Positions 39,668 through 48,480 of a stretch of 64,000 nucleotides of DNA are shown in pieces. The stretch is taken from NCBI GenBank assembly GCA_965218095.1, contig OZ244587.1:4032001-4096000 (forward strand). The letters are read 5' to 3'. Source of the stretch: Candidatus Poribacteria bacterium. Its GTDB lineage: Bacteria; Poribacteria; WGA-4E; PCPOR2b. Below the pieces are notes generated by a model that worked only from the letters and a program-made list of their open reading frames with translations, searched no databases and had not been told where the DNA came from. Within the stretch, counting starts at the first letter, position 1; every line of letters begins with the position of its first letter. A program made the translations under genes and the position numbers.

Positions 39668-40540
39668 TCACGTTTTACGCTTCGTTCCTTCTCCAAGCAT
39701 TAATTTCGTTTGCAAAACCTCATAGTAGCTGCGGTGCTGCGATCGAATCAATTTGATCGTCTTATCTGCCTTACGAACACGAATCAAGGAATCTGGCGCG
39801 AGGCAGTGTGTTTCACGCGGTCCGTCGACAAACAGGTTGACGCTGCTGTAATCGGATTGCATAATCACCGTAATTTCTGAATCTCCGTGCGCGATAAACG
39901 GTCGAACTGTTAATGAATGGGGAGCAATTGGCGTCAAGAGAATTGCGTTAAGATGGGGTTCAACAATCGTGCCGCCGCTTGACAAGGAATAGCCTGTTGA
40001 ACCACTTGGTGTGGCGATAATCAACCCATCTGCGTTGTAGGTGATGAATCGCTTGTTATCGATGTAGGTGTCCAACTCAATGAGGCTCGCATAGTGGCGA
40101 ATCACAACTTCATTCAGCGCAAAAGAGCTAGAATGCTCCTGATTATTGTGGTTGTCTACGCGGACCTCTAGCATCATCCGCTGATCGATTTCATATTCAC
40201 CATTAAAAATGTTAGTCAAAGCCGAGTAAAGCTGGTCGAGCGAAACGTCGGTGAGGAAACCGAGATAACCAATATTCACAGCGAGGATTGGGACGTTCTC
40301 AATCTGGGGCGTATGTGCGGCATCTAATAGCGTTCCATCACCGCCGAGCACCAGCAACAGGTCAGATCGCGCAACAACTTCATTCCGATTACATTTTGCG
40401 CCGGATATACCAAGGATCGCCGCTTGCTCATCAGGAACTAACGGATTCGCGCCATGACCCTGGAGCCAATCGTGAGCTGCGGTAACGACTTGGGCAGCTT
40501 TGGGTTTAGAGGTATTGACAAAGAAACCAATTGTTTTCAT
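39668..40540 (-). CDS. nadK: NAD kinase
   Basis: GGDGT, LGFL, NE, DGLIIATPSGSTGYSLS. Confidence 0.95.
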   Translation of the reverse strand: MKTIGFFVNTSKPKAAQVVTAAHDWLQGHGANPLVPDEQAAILGISGAKCNRNEVVARSDLLLVLGGDGTLLDAAHTPQIENVPILAVNIGYLGFLTDVSLDQLYSALTNIFNGEYEIDQRMMLEVRVDNHNNQEHSSSFALNEVVIRHYASLIELDTYIDNKRFITYNADGLIIATPSGSTGYSLSSGGTIVEPHLNAILLTPIAPHSLTVRPFIAHGDSEITVIMQSDYSSVNLFVDGPRETHCLAPDSLIRVRKADKTIKLIRSQHRSYYEVLQTKLMLGEGTKRKT

Positions 40541-40553
40541 AATCTTTTACACA

Positions 40554-40886
40554 GTAGGCTTCAACAGTGGCAGCCTACTGTTAGGTTAAGTTTTCTTTCG
40601 TGTCTTGTGCGCGTTCATTAAATTTCACCCTTCAGTTTTCATGCAGAACAGTGTGAGGCAGGAGGGTCACATTGAACTGATCCTCCACTTCAACCGAGAG
40701 GTCTGCTACGCGGCTCAAAGTTGAATAATCGCGGATTGAAGCATCATTTAATCGCGCATGGATAATTCCATTTGTCGCAAAAGCATCCAAAATTTTAGCT
40801 TCTGGCAGAGTATCAGCGAGTTGCTAGCGGTAGGCTTCAACAGCAGCAGCCTGAAGTTCGGTTAAGTTCTCTTTCGTGTTCTTGTT
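40554..40886. repeat. Imperfect direct repeat of about 56 bp flanking an orphan gene fragment
   Basis: GTAGGCTTCAACAG..GCAGCCT...GGTTAAGTT.TCTTTCGTGT at 40554 and 40830. Between them is a 63-codon start-less frame (40632-40823, minus). Confidence 0.75.
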
Positions 40887-40891
40887 TTGCA

Positions 40892-41445
40892 TCAAATATC
40901 ACCATGACCAGCCTTGATAGCATCCGCCTCCACCCGTTTCCGTGCTCCGCTCACCAAATCGTTGAAGATCGTCAGCGCAGTCAGTTGACGCGATTTAAAG
41001 AGGGGCTGGTGTTGCGTCATGCCGTAGAGTTGGACGCGAAAACCGAGTGCTTGTTCGGGCAAATCCGTTTCGGGTACACCGTGAGGCGCTGCCTTATCTG
41101 CAATTGCAACATGTTCATCGGATGGGGCGAGATAAACCCGCTCTCTATTCCCTTCCGCAACAGTTGCCATGAGTTGTGCACCCATTCGTCCCGCTTTTCC
41201 TTTGGCACGGACATAGTCGAATGGAACCGCTTCGTCACAGACGATACACCGCGGACTCCGTCGGTCGACTATGCCTTCGGGCGGGGCACCGTCGTCCCTT
41301 TTCACCGCAAACCGTACGATCTTATTCGTTCTGTCAACAATCGGCTCAACCCACGCCTGCTTACCTTTCTTTTTTGAGAGCCAGAACGATCGGGTAAGCG
41401 GCATCTTTGTGCCACAGGCAGAATTGGGACACTTCATCGTCTGCG
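40892..41445 (-). pseudogene. Internal fragment of a DUF1156-type adenine DNA methylase with Zn ribbon
   Basis: KCPNSACG..MPL..SFWLSKKKGK..., LGFRVQLYGM....LF..RQL.AL; both ends missing. Confidence 0.8.
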
Positions 41446-41533
41446 CCTCAAACCGCAATCGGCCTGGATTTCAAGCGGCATCAAGGCTCTCGCCCTTTTC
41501 AATCTTTATGCTCCTTAATGCTAACGAGTATTC

Positions 41534-41695
41534 TTAATCAAACCTCAGTTGAGTTGTGACCTTGCGAAGTGCCTCGTTTATCCGTTCCAACACCTTATTC
41601 GATGGTTTTTCCCCCTCGGCGGTAATCACGAACCGAAATTTAAAGTCAAGCTCCGGCGCGATTTCAGCCAAATCACCAAGCGTTTCAGTCAGATG
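41534..41695 (-). pseudogene. C-terminal remnant resembling the end of DUF499 ATPases
   Basis: LTETLGDLAEIAPELDFKFRFVITAEGEKPSNKVLERINEALRKVTTQLRFD*; adjacent to the DUF1156 fragment. Confidence 0.5.
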
Positions 41696-41709
41696 GCACC
41701 AGGTCAGCA

Positions 41710-42795
41710 TCAGTTTCTTTTATTTTCCAGACGGTAAAAAAGCAGAATAATCCCACAACCCACCAGAAACACCAGGACCGTGATCAGCAGATTCATGTTA
41801 ATTTGCGGGAGAATATGAGCGATGTCGATGCGCTCGCCGCCAATCATCTCATAACTTCGGAAGGGCCAGAGTCCGTACAGTGAGCCGACCATCAGCCCAA
41901 TTAAGAAGGATACCGTGAAATCGTGATGGCGCTCAAGAACATAGTTTAGCAGTCGGGTGAACGCCAACAGTCCGAGTCCGCAGCCAAAAGCGACGACCAT
42001 TAACACAAGCCAGTCTCTATCGTTAACGGCAGCCAGTATATCGAAGTAGACGTCCAACAGAAGGAAGATAAACGAGCCACTGATGCCCGGAAGGATCATC
42101 GCTGAAATGGCGATGGCTCCGCAAAGGAACAGATAAAGCAGCCGACCAGCGGAGTGATTTGCGCTTGTTGAGGTGTCTGGTAGAGTAACAGTGGAGGCTT
42201 CCGCTCCTGTGACCGTATTGCTGCTATGCAAGTTGGTGGTTGAGCGACTTTCCTTCAGTTCGTGCTTTTTTCGCTCATTTTCCAGTCTTTTTTCTTCACT
42301 CATACTCAGTGCCAGCCCTACCGTCAAAGCCGCGGCAAGGAGAAGGGAGATCAGTTCTTTAGCGGTGAAGTGTCTCACCATTTTAAAGGGAATGATAACG
42401 GAGGTCAGCACCAATCCACAAAAAAAGCCGTAGGTCGGATCATGTTGCTCATTAAGCAGATAAATAATCAGTTTGGCTGACACGACAATCGCAGCCACCG
42501 CGCCAATGGCGATGGCTGTCAAAAATCCAAAATCGATGCGATGTAATTCGGTGCGTGCTTCAGAGATAGCCTCCTTTTTTAGTGTGATAACAGCCAAGAG
42601 TTTTTGAGCCGTTGAAAATCCAATGTGGTGCAAGGCGTGAATCAGGCGCTCATAAATGCCAAGCACAATCGCCATGGTGCCGCCGCTCACGCCTGGAATG
42701 ATGTTTGCGATGCCGATAAAACACCCCTTAACAACGAGATTGAAATAAAGCAAATCTCTTCTCCATTTTTGGCTAAAACTGTATGTTTTCATCAT
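41710..42795 (-). CDS. DUF368 membrane protein (undecaprenyl-phosphate translocase family)
   Basis: IIPGVSGGT and MILPGISGS repeats; multiple TMs. Confidence 0.9.
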   Translation of the reverse strand: MMKTYSFSQKWRRDLLYFNLVVKGCFIGIANIIPGVSGGTMAIVLGIYERLIHALHHIGFSTAQKLLAVITLKKEAISEARTELHRIDFGFLTAIAIGAVAAIVVSAKLIIYLLNEQHDPTYGFFCGLVLTSVIIPFKMVRHFTAKELISLLLAAALTVGLALSMSEEKRLENERKKHELKESRSTTNLHSSNTVTGAEASTVTLPDTSTSANHSAGRLLYLFLCGAIAISAMILPGISGSFIFLLLDVYFDILAAVNDRDWLVLMVVAFGCGLGLLAFTRLLNYVLERHHDFTVSFLIGLMVGSLYGLWPFRSYEMIGGERIDIAHILPQINMNLLITVLVFLVGCGIILLFYRLENKRN

Positions 42796-43546
42796 TCAGC
42801 CAGGCTGTTAATGGCTCGATGAGGTCGTGGGCTGTAAAGTCAAGCTGAACGGGAGTAATCGAAACGCGCTGATTGCGAATCGCATGAAGGTCTGTATCCT
42901 CTCCCTGATCGATTTGGGCGCGTTCACCACCAATCCAGTAGTACAGTCGTCCTCGCTGATCCAGCCGCTTAATCGCATTGGCGCTGTAAGTCCCGAGATC
43001 TTGCCGCGTCATCTCGATCCCTTTAATCTGCGAAAGTGGATAATTCGGCACATTAATATTGAGCAGGATCTGGTCCGGCATCCCACTAGCGATTACCTGC
43101 TTGGCAATGCGACACACAATTGCTGCTGCCGTCTCATAGTGCATTGCAGGGGTCGGTTCCTGTGCCTGCTCTAAGGCAAGTGAAACCGCAATCGATGGAA
43201 TTCCCAAAAAAGTTCCTTTTTTCGCTGCTGCAATCGTGCCTGAAAAGTGAATATCGCTTCCGATATTTTGTCCCTGGTTGATGCCAGAAACCAGTAATTT
43301 TGGACGTTTGGGAAGCAGGGTGCTGATGGCGAGGTCTACGCAATCGACAGGCGTGCCATCAACCGAAAAGGCATGATCTGCAACTTGTGTGGCTCTCAGT
43401 GGACGATGGAGCGTGATTGCCATTCCGATGGCGCTGCGCTCCCGATCTGGTGCCACAACATAAACCTCGTCAAGGCTTCCAAGCACCTCCACCAGGGTTT
43501 TCAAACCCGGTGCTTCAATTCCATCGTCGTTGGTTACAAAGATCAT
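42773..43546 (-). CDS. surE: 5'/3'-nucleotidase SurE
   Basis: TNDDG, GTPVDC, SGINQG, SGT. Confidence 0.95.
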   Translation of the reverse strand: MIFVTNDDGIEAPGLKTLVEVLGSLDEVYVVAPDRERSAIGMAITLHRPLRATQVADHAFSVDGTPVDCVDLAISTLLPKRPKLLVSGINQGQNIGSDIHFSGTIAAAKKGTFLGIPSIAVSLALEQAQEPTPAMHYETAAAIVCRIAKQVIASGMPDQILLNINVPNYPLSQIKGIEMTRQDLGTYSANAIKRLDQRGRLYYWIGGERAQIDQGEDTDLHAIRNQRVSITPVQLDFTAHDLIEPLTAWLNDENIQF

Positions 43547-43747
43547 ATCTTAATACCCAATGATTCGGCATTCGTTGCAGGCAGACAAGAGGCGGCAAGT
43601 TCTCATAGATCTGTGCTCGCCTAAGTAATATGAAAATGCGGCGGAGGATGATCATTATAAAACATCTGAATAATTATTCCGTAAAATCTGCATATTTCAG
43701 GCATCAGTTCCTCTGGCATATCTATCGTCACCAATCGCAACGTAAAG

Positions 43748-44977
43748 CTAAATCACCAGCTTCGCAAACCGCCGCTTCCCGACTTGTAAGATAGTTCCAC
43801 TGCGCAAAGTGACTTCAAAAGACGGATCCGCGACTCTTTCGCCATCGAGGCGAACTCCGCCTTGCTGCACCAATCGTCTAGCTTCGCTGGAGCTTCCGGC
43901 AAATCCGGACTGTTGTATCAGATAGGCAATCCAGATCTTACCATCAGTGAGAGCGGAAGACGGGATAACGACTTCGGGGAGATCTTCGGGGAGTTGCCCA
44001 TCCCGATGAACCCGGTCAAACTCGACTTCAGCCGCGTATGCGGCATCTGAATTGTGGTAGATTGACACGATTTCACGAGCGAGTTTCTGCTTGACCGCCT
44101 TGGGGTGCAGACCTCCATCTGAGAGTCCCGCTTCAAGCTTGTGAATCTCGTCAAGCGGTACATCCGTTGCTAACTCAAAGTAGGTGGACATCAACTCGTC
44201 AGAAATGGACATCAACTTGGCATACATGTCATCAGGAGGTTCGTCAATTCCAACGTAGTTCCCTAGTGATTTGCTCATTTTTTCAACCCCATCAAGTCCG
44301 ACCAGTAAGGGCATCAGCAGCGTAACCTGGGGCTCTTGTCCGTGAGCACGTTGGAGGTCGCGCCCCATCAAGATATTGAATTTCTGATCTGTCCCACCCA
44401 TTTCAATGTCCGCTTCTAAAGCGACGGAATCGTATCCCTGACAGATCGGGTAGAGGAGCTCGTGCACCCCAATCGAAGCCCCAGTTTGAAGTCGATTTGT
44501 AAAATCATCTCTTTCCAGGATTCTTGCGACAGTTGTCCGGGCACTGAGCTTGATGACATCCGCAAAAGACATTTTGTTGAGCCACTCGCTATTGAAAACG
44601 ACACGAGTTTTATCCGCATCCAGGAGCTGACAATATTGTTCTGCATAGGTTCTGGCGTTGTGCTTAACCTCTTCCACTGTAAGCTGTGGACGCGTCTTCG
44701 ATTTGCCACTTGGATCACCGATGGTCGCTGTAAAATCACCAATGATAAGAATCACTTCGTGCCCGAGGTCTTGAAACTGGCGGAGCTTACGTAGAACAAC
44801 TGCAATGCCGAGGTGAATATCCGGCGCCGTTGGATCTAATCCGAGTTTGATACGGAGAGAGCGCTGATGTGCTTTGGCTGTCTCCAGTTTTTGAGAAAGT
44901 TCGGCTTCTGAGATAATCTCTGCGGCCCCTCTGCGGATGAGCGATACCTGTTCTTCTATGCTTAATTTTGTATGCAT
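43748..44977 (-). CDS. tyrS: Tyrosine--tRNA ligase
   Basis: DPTAPDIHLG, GGTDQKFN, KMSKS, C-terminal S4 domain. Confidence 0.97.
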   Translation of the reverse strand: MHTKLSIEEQVSLIRRGAAEIISEAELSQKLETAKAHQRSLRIKLGLDPTAPDIHLGIAVVLRKLRQFQDLGHEVILIIGDFTATIGDPSGKSKTRPQLTVEEVKHNARTYAEQYCQLLDADKTRVVFNSEWLNKMSFADVIKLSARTTVARILERDDFTNRLQTGASIGVHELLYPICQGYDSVALEADIEMGGTDQKFNILMGRDLQRAHGQEPQVTLLMPLLVGLDGVEKMSKSLGNYVGIDEPPDDMYAKLMSISDELMSTYFELATDVPLDEIHKLEAGLSDGGLHPKAVKQKLAREIVSIYHNSDAAYAAEVEFDRVHRDGQLPEDLPEVVIPSSALTDGKIWIAYLIQQSGFAGSSSEARRLVQQGGVRLDGERVADPSFEVTLRSGTILQVGKRRFAKLVI

Positions 44978-45148
44978 GTTGAATTCCCCGATACCTTCTT
45001 TTTTTCTGGGGTGGTTTAGCTCCGTATAGAATTTTGGGGTGCAAGATTGCCCGGAGACCTTACAAAAAGTGGATTACTGGCTCCAGACCCGGGCTGAATG
45101 AAACAAATGAACCAGGATGATGTTGTGTTTTGATCAATGTGTTGGCTA

Positions 45149-45178
45149 ATTATACTACAGATTGAACGATAGAGTCAA
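45149..45178 (-). promoter_or_regulatory. Sigma70-like promoter of tyrS
   Basis: TTGACT-18 bp-TATAAT. Confidence 0.65.
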
Positions 45179-45283
45179 CTGATGATTTCGTTCCAAATTT
45201 GGAAGAGTCACAGGTAGGCGACAACAGTACAGGGGTTAATCAATCATAGCCATCTATGCGCCACATGATGCAAAATTATAGAC

Positions 45284-45312
45284 TTGACAAAAAATCGTAT
45301 CTCCTTTAGAAT
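45284..45312 (+). promoter_or_regulatory. Sigma70-like promoter of the STAS/PP2C operon
   Basis: TTGACA-17 bp-TAGAAT. Confidence 0.7.
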
Positions 45313-45536
45313 AGAGATTACCATAAGAGAACAGGAAATCAACATCCCACTTAACATGACGTCGTTAAATCTGGATTTTCTGCTGACCGGCGCGGTTGTG
45401 TCAACTACGGACTAAAATTGGCGCGCATTAAAGCTGGGGAAATTTCCTGAAAATCATGGTCATGATTATTGCTGTAATCCCCAATCTCCGCAAGATCTAA
45501 TTGCGAAATTGAGATAAACAGATAGGAGGAAAGCTA

Positions 45537-45887
45537 ATGGCTGTCGACATTCGTCAAAGAGATGATGTAGTCATCTTAAAACCCAGTGGCAAAATTATTG
45601 GAAGGGCTGTCCGCGATCTCAGCAAGGCGATTAATGAGGAAAGTGCAAAGGCCTCCGATTCGCCGAAATTTTTATTTGATTTTGCCGATGTTTCAATGAT
45701 GGACAGTTCCGGACTTGGAACGCTAATGGGAGCGCACGTATCCATTGCGAAGAAAGGTGGGCGGATTGCCGTCATCAACGTTGGCGAGAAGAACATCAAG
45801 AACCTCATTATTCGGAGTCGATTGATCTCTACCTTTGAACATTTCGATAGTGAGGACGAAGCAATTGCCGCGCTTACCAGCGGATAG
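45537..45887 (+). CDS. STAS anti-anti-sigma factor
   Basis: 116 aa, MMDSSGLG. Confidence 0.92.
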   Translation: MAVDIRQRDDVVILKPSGKIIGRAVRDLSKAINEESAKASDSPKFLFDFADVSMMDSSGLGTLMGAHVSIAKKGGRIAVINVGEKNIKNLIIRSRLISTFEHFDSEDEAIAALTSG

Positions 45888-45932
45888 CAATTGACGTTCT
45901 CAAATGTGAAGCATAATGAGTGATGAGTAAAA

Positions 45933-46053
45933 TTAAGTAATTTTCAGGATTAAACTATATATTCCGTTTGTAGTAGCGCAATTCATTGCGCGTTTGGGAC
46001 GGCGATGAATCGCCTCACTACAAACCATTACTTTCTTTTTGAAAATTACTTAA
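45933..46053. repeat. 121-bp MITE/REPIN-like element
   Basis: Perfect 14-bp outer IR TTAAGTAATTTTCA/TGAAAATTACTTAA; inner GTTTGTAGT...ACTACAAAC enclosing hairpins GCGCAAT-TC-ATTGCGC and GGCGAT-GA-ATCGCC. Confidence 0.75.
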
Positions 46054-46086
46054 CATCTTACTCGTTACTTTAACAAGGGCCTTAAG

Positions 46087-47910
46087 ATGCAGACTGCTTC
46101 TGCTAAAGAAACCATACAGCGGCTGATTCTGAGTTTGTCTGAGATTGGACGGGTTGGTAAAGCCATCGTTTCCGGGCAGAGCAACTTTGGTGCATCAAGC
46201 CAGACCTATCTGCGGATAGTTCTCAAGACATTGCAGGTGACCAAGGGGGCCATGTTGCGCTTCAATCCGGCAGAGAGTCAGCTTGCCATTGAATCATCAA
46301 TTAATATCGCGGATGAGTCTGTGAATGAATCGTTGGTCATTCCGATTACGTCCGATGAAATCAGTATCATGCTTCAATTCTCCCCCCTTGATGTTTCCCA
46401 ACCGCCTTCCCCTCTGAAATCGTTTCTGGCTGAGATTCAGCCACAGTTGCAGGCTCTGAATGCAACCCTCTGGGCACCATTAAAGATTCACGAGGAATTT
46501 CTAGGCGTTATCAGTCTTGGCAAATTTTTCGACGGTTCTGAAGACACAAGGTGGTCTCGAGAGCTATTAAATGTCCTCGCTGACCATATCTCAATCGCTA
46601 TTGCGCATTCACGCTCTCAAGAAGAGATGCACGCCGCCAAATTCCACCTCTTCATGCTTTCCGACACAACCGCCCAACTTGCCAAACTGTTGGACACGGA
46701 AAGGTTGGAGGAAGAGGTGGTCAATCATGCCGTCAGTCTCTTAGACGCCGGTGCAGGCTGCCTGATGCTTATTAATCCAATCACACAGCGGCTTGAGATG
46801 AAAAGCCATTTCGCTCTTGATTCACAACTTCCTCCCGAACTGAAAGACCTCTCAATCCCTCTCAAAGCCGACCGAGAGGTTCACCCAACGCTTCCTATGC
46901 TTTGCAAGGTGGCGGCCGAGGGCAAAACGCAGATCCGCAACGATGACACGGCCGCACTGTTCGGCAGAAAGAATCTTATAGCAGCGCCAATTTTCGGACG
47001 TGACATTCTTGGGGTGTTAGTTGTATGCGATAAGGAGGGAAAGGGTGGCGTAACACTGGTGGAATTTGCCGAAGAAGATGGAATCCTGCTTGAAGCCTTC
47101 GCCACTCAAGCGGGGGTAGCCATTGAAAATGCACAGCTTTACCAGGAAGCCATCGAGAAGCGCCGATTACAAGCGGAGTTGGAAGAAGCGGCAAAAATTC
47201 AGGAGAATCTCCTCCCAGAGGCGCCGCCCGAGATCCCGGGCTACGAGATCGCCGGGATGAGCATACCTCGCCGCGATGGGGTTGGCGGGGACTACTTCGA
47301 TTACATTCAGGAGCCAGATGGTTCGTGGGGATTCGTCATCGCCGATATTGCCGGCAAAGGTATGCAGGCGGCATTGTTGGTAGCGACGTTGCGTGCGGGC
47401 TTGCGCTCAGAGATAATCAAACAAAACGACTTATCGAGTATGGCGATGGCGCTGAATTCCCTTATTCATGAAAGCAGTCCAGTCGATAGATACGCAACGC
47501 TCTTCTACGCGCGGTTGCATCCAGAGACAGGCGCACTCACCTCACTGAATGCGGGGCACAACTTTCCACTGGTCATGCGGCAGGATGGCAGCTTACAACA
47601 GTTGGAGGCTGGCGGCTTGATGGTCGGCATGTATCCTGACGACATGCTCCGTCAGATTGTGGAATATGAACAGGAAACTACTCAACTTTGCAGTGGGGAC
47701 ACGGTTCTGTTTTACACCGATGGCGTGACCGAAACGATGAATATCGGCGGCGAGACATATGACGAAGAGCGCTTGGAGGAACTCGTGAAGCAACTGCGGC
47801 ATGCAGACGCCAGCGAAATCTGCACGGAAATTTACAACTCGGTGATAGAATTTCAGGGAGAAGCCCAGCGGTTTGATGATCTGACGCTGGTGGTGCTAAA
47901 GAAAAAATGA
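46087..47910 (+). CDS. GAF-GAF-PP2C (RsbU/SpoIIE-type) phosphatase
   Basis: VGGDYFD, IADIAGKG, NAGH, YTDG, DDLT; two GAF ends (ISIAI, AGVAIENA). Confidence 0.92.
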   Translation: MQTASAKETIQRLILSLSEIGRVGKAIVSGQSNFGASSQTYLRIVLKTLQVTKGAMLRFNPAESQLAIESSINIADESVNESLVIPITSDEISIMLQFSPLDVSQPPSPLKSFLAEIQPQLQALNATLWAPLKIHEEFLGVISLGKFFDGSEDTRWSRELLNVLADHISIAIAHSRSQEEMHAAKFHLFMLSDTTAQLAKLLDTERLEEEVVNHAVSLLDAGAGCLMLINPITQRLEMKSHFALDSQLPPELKDLSIPLKADREVHPTLPMLCKVAAEGKTQIRNDDTAALFGRKNLIAAPIFGRDILGVLVVCDKEGKGGVTLVEFAEEDGILLEAFATQAGVAIENAQLYQEAIEKRRLQAELEEAAKIQENLLPEAPPEIPGYEIAGMSIPRRDGVGGDYFDYIQEPDGSWGFVIADIAGKGMQAALLVATLRAGLRSEIIKQNDLSSMAMALNSLIHESSPVDRYATLFYARLHPETGALTSLNAGHNFPLVMRQDGSLQQLEAGGLMVGMYPDDMLRQIVEYEQETTQLCSGDTVLFYTDGVTETMNIGGETYDEERLEELVKQLRHADASEICTEIYNSVIEFQGEAQRFDDLTLVVLKKK

Positions 47911-47985
47911 AACGTGAGGCGTAATGCGAGCGAATACACGGGTATGACCACCTAATTTTTTGTCTCTTCAAATCCGGAAAATGCT

Positions 47986-48060
47986 CGGCGTGGATTGCCA
48001 AATCCACGCCAGAACCGTCGGATTTGGCAATTTCGGCTTCGCAGAATTCTCGGCGAAGCC
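47986..48060. repeat. Cluster of REP-like palindromes
   Basis: GGCGTGGATT-GCCA-AATCCACGCC and GGCTTCGC...GCGAAGCC. Confidence 0.6.
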
Positions 48061-48111
48061 CGAACTAACGGGAGCCTTGAAGGCGGAAATGTACTTCTCA
48101 GATAGGCTCTT

Positions 48112-48458
48112 AATGAAGGCGCCGCACAGTTTTTGAGAATCTATCTGACAGAGGCCGGCTATCACGTTGAATATGCCAAAGATGGAGAGGAAGCCGTTGC
48201 CAAAGGCTGACTCAAACGCCTTCTTTAATCATTCTTGATCTGATGATGCCTCAGGTAGATGGGTTCCAGGTCATTAAACATCTAGCCAGCGAACCTAAAG
48301 CCCGTGACATCCCGATTATTATCTGCACGGCGATGGACCTCAGTGATGAAGCAAGAGATCAACTCAATGGTCAAATTCAGTCGGTTATTCAAAAGACAGA
48401 TCATGTCAAAGAAGAATTGTTAGCGGCGATTAAACGAATCGAGCGCTTTCGACACTGA
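48112..48458 (+). pseudogene. Internally deleted remnant of the receiver domains of a hybrid-kinase paralogue
   Basis: 48115-48207 aligns with 50410-50500 and 48225-48458 with 50885-51117 of the next gene. Confidence 0.85.
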
Positions 48459-48480
48459 AAATGATAGGAGATGAACAACC

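Noticed and set aside
44978-45148. T-box leader of tyrS
   Set aside because: No T-box consensus (GGTGGNACCGCG) or terminator visible.
46866-46890. REP-derived in-frame insert (ADREVHPT) in the PP2C gene
   Set aside because: The stem is poor and there is no clear sibling in the window; it needs an orthologue alignment.
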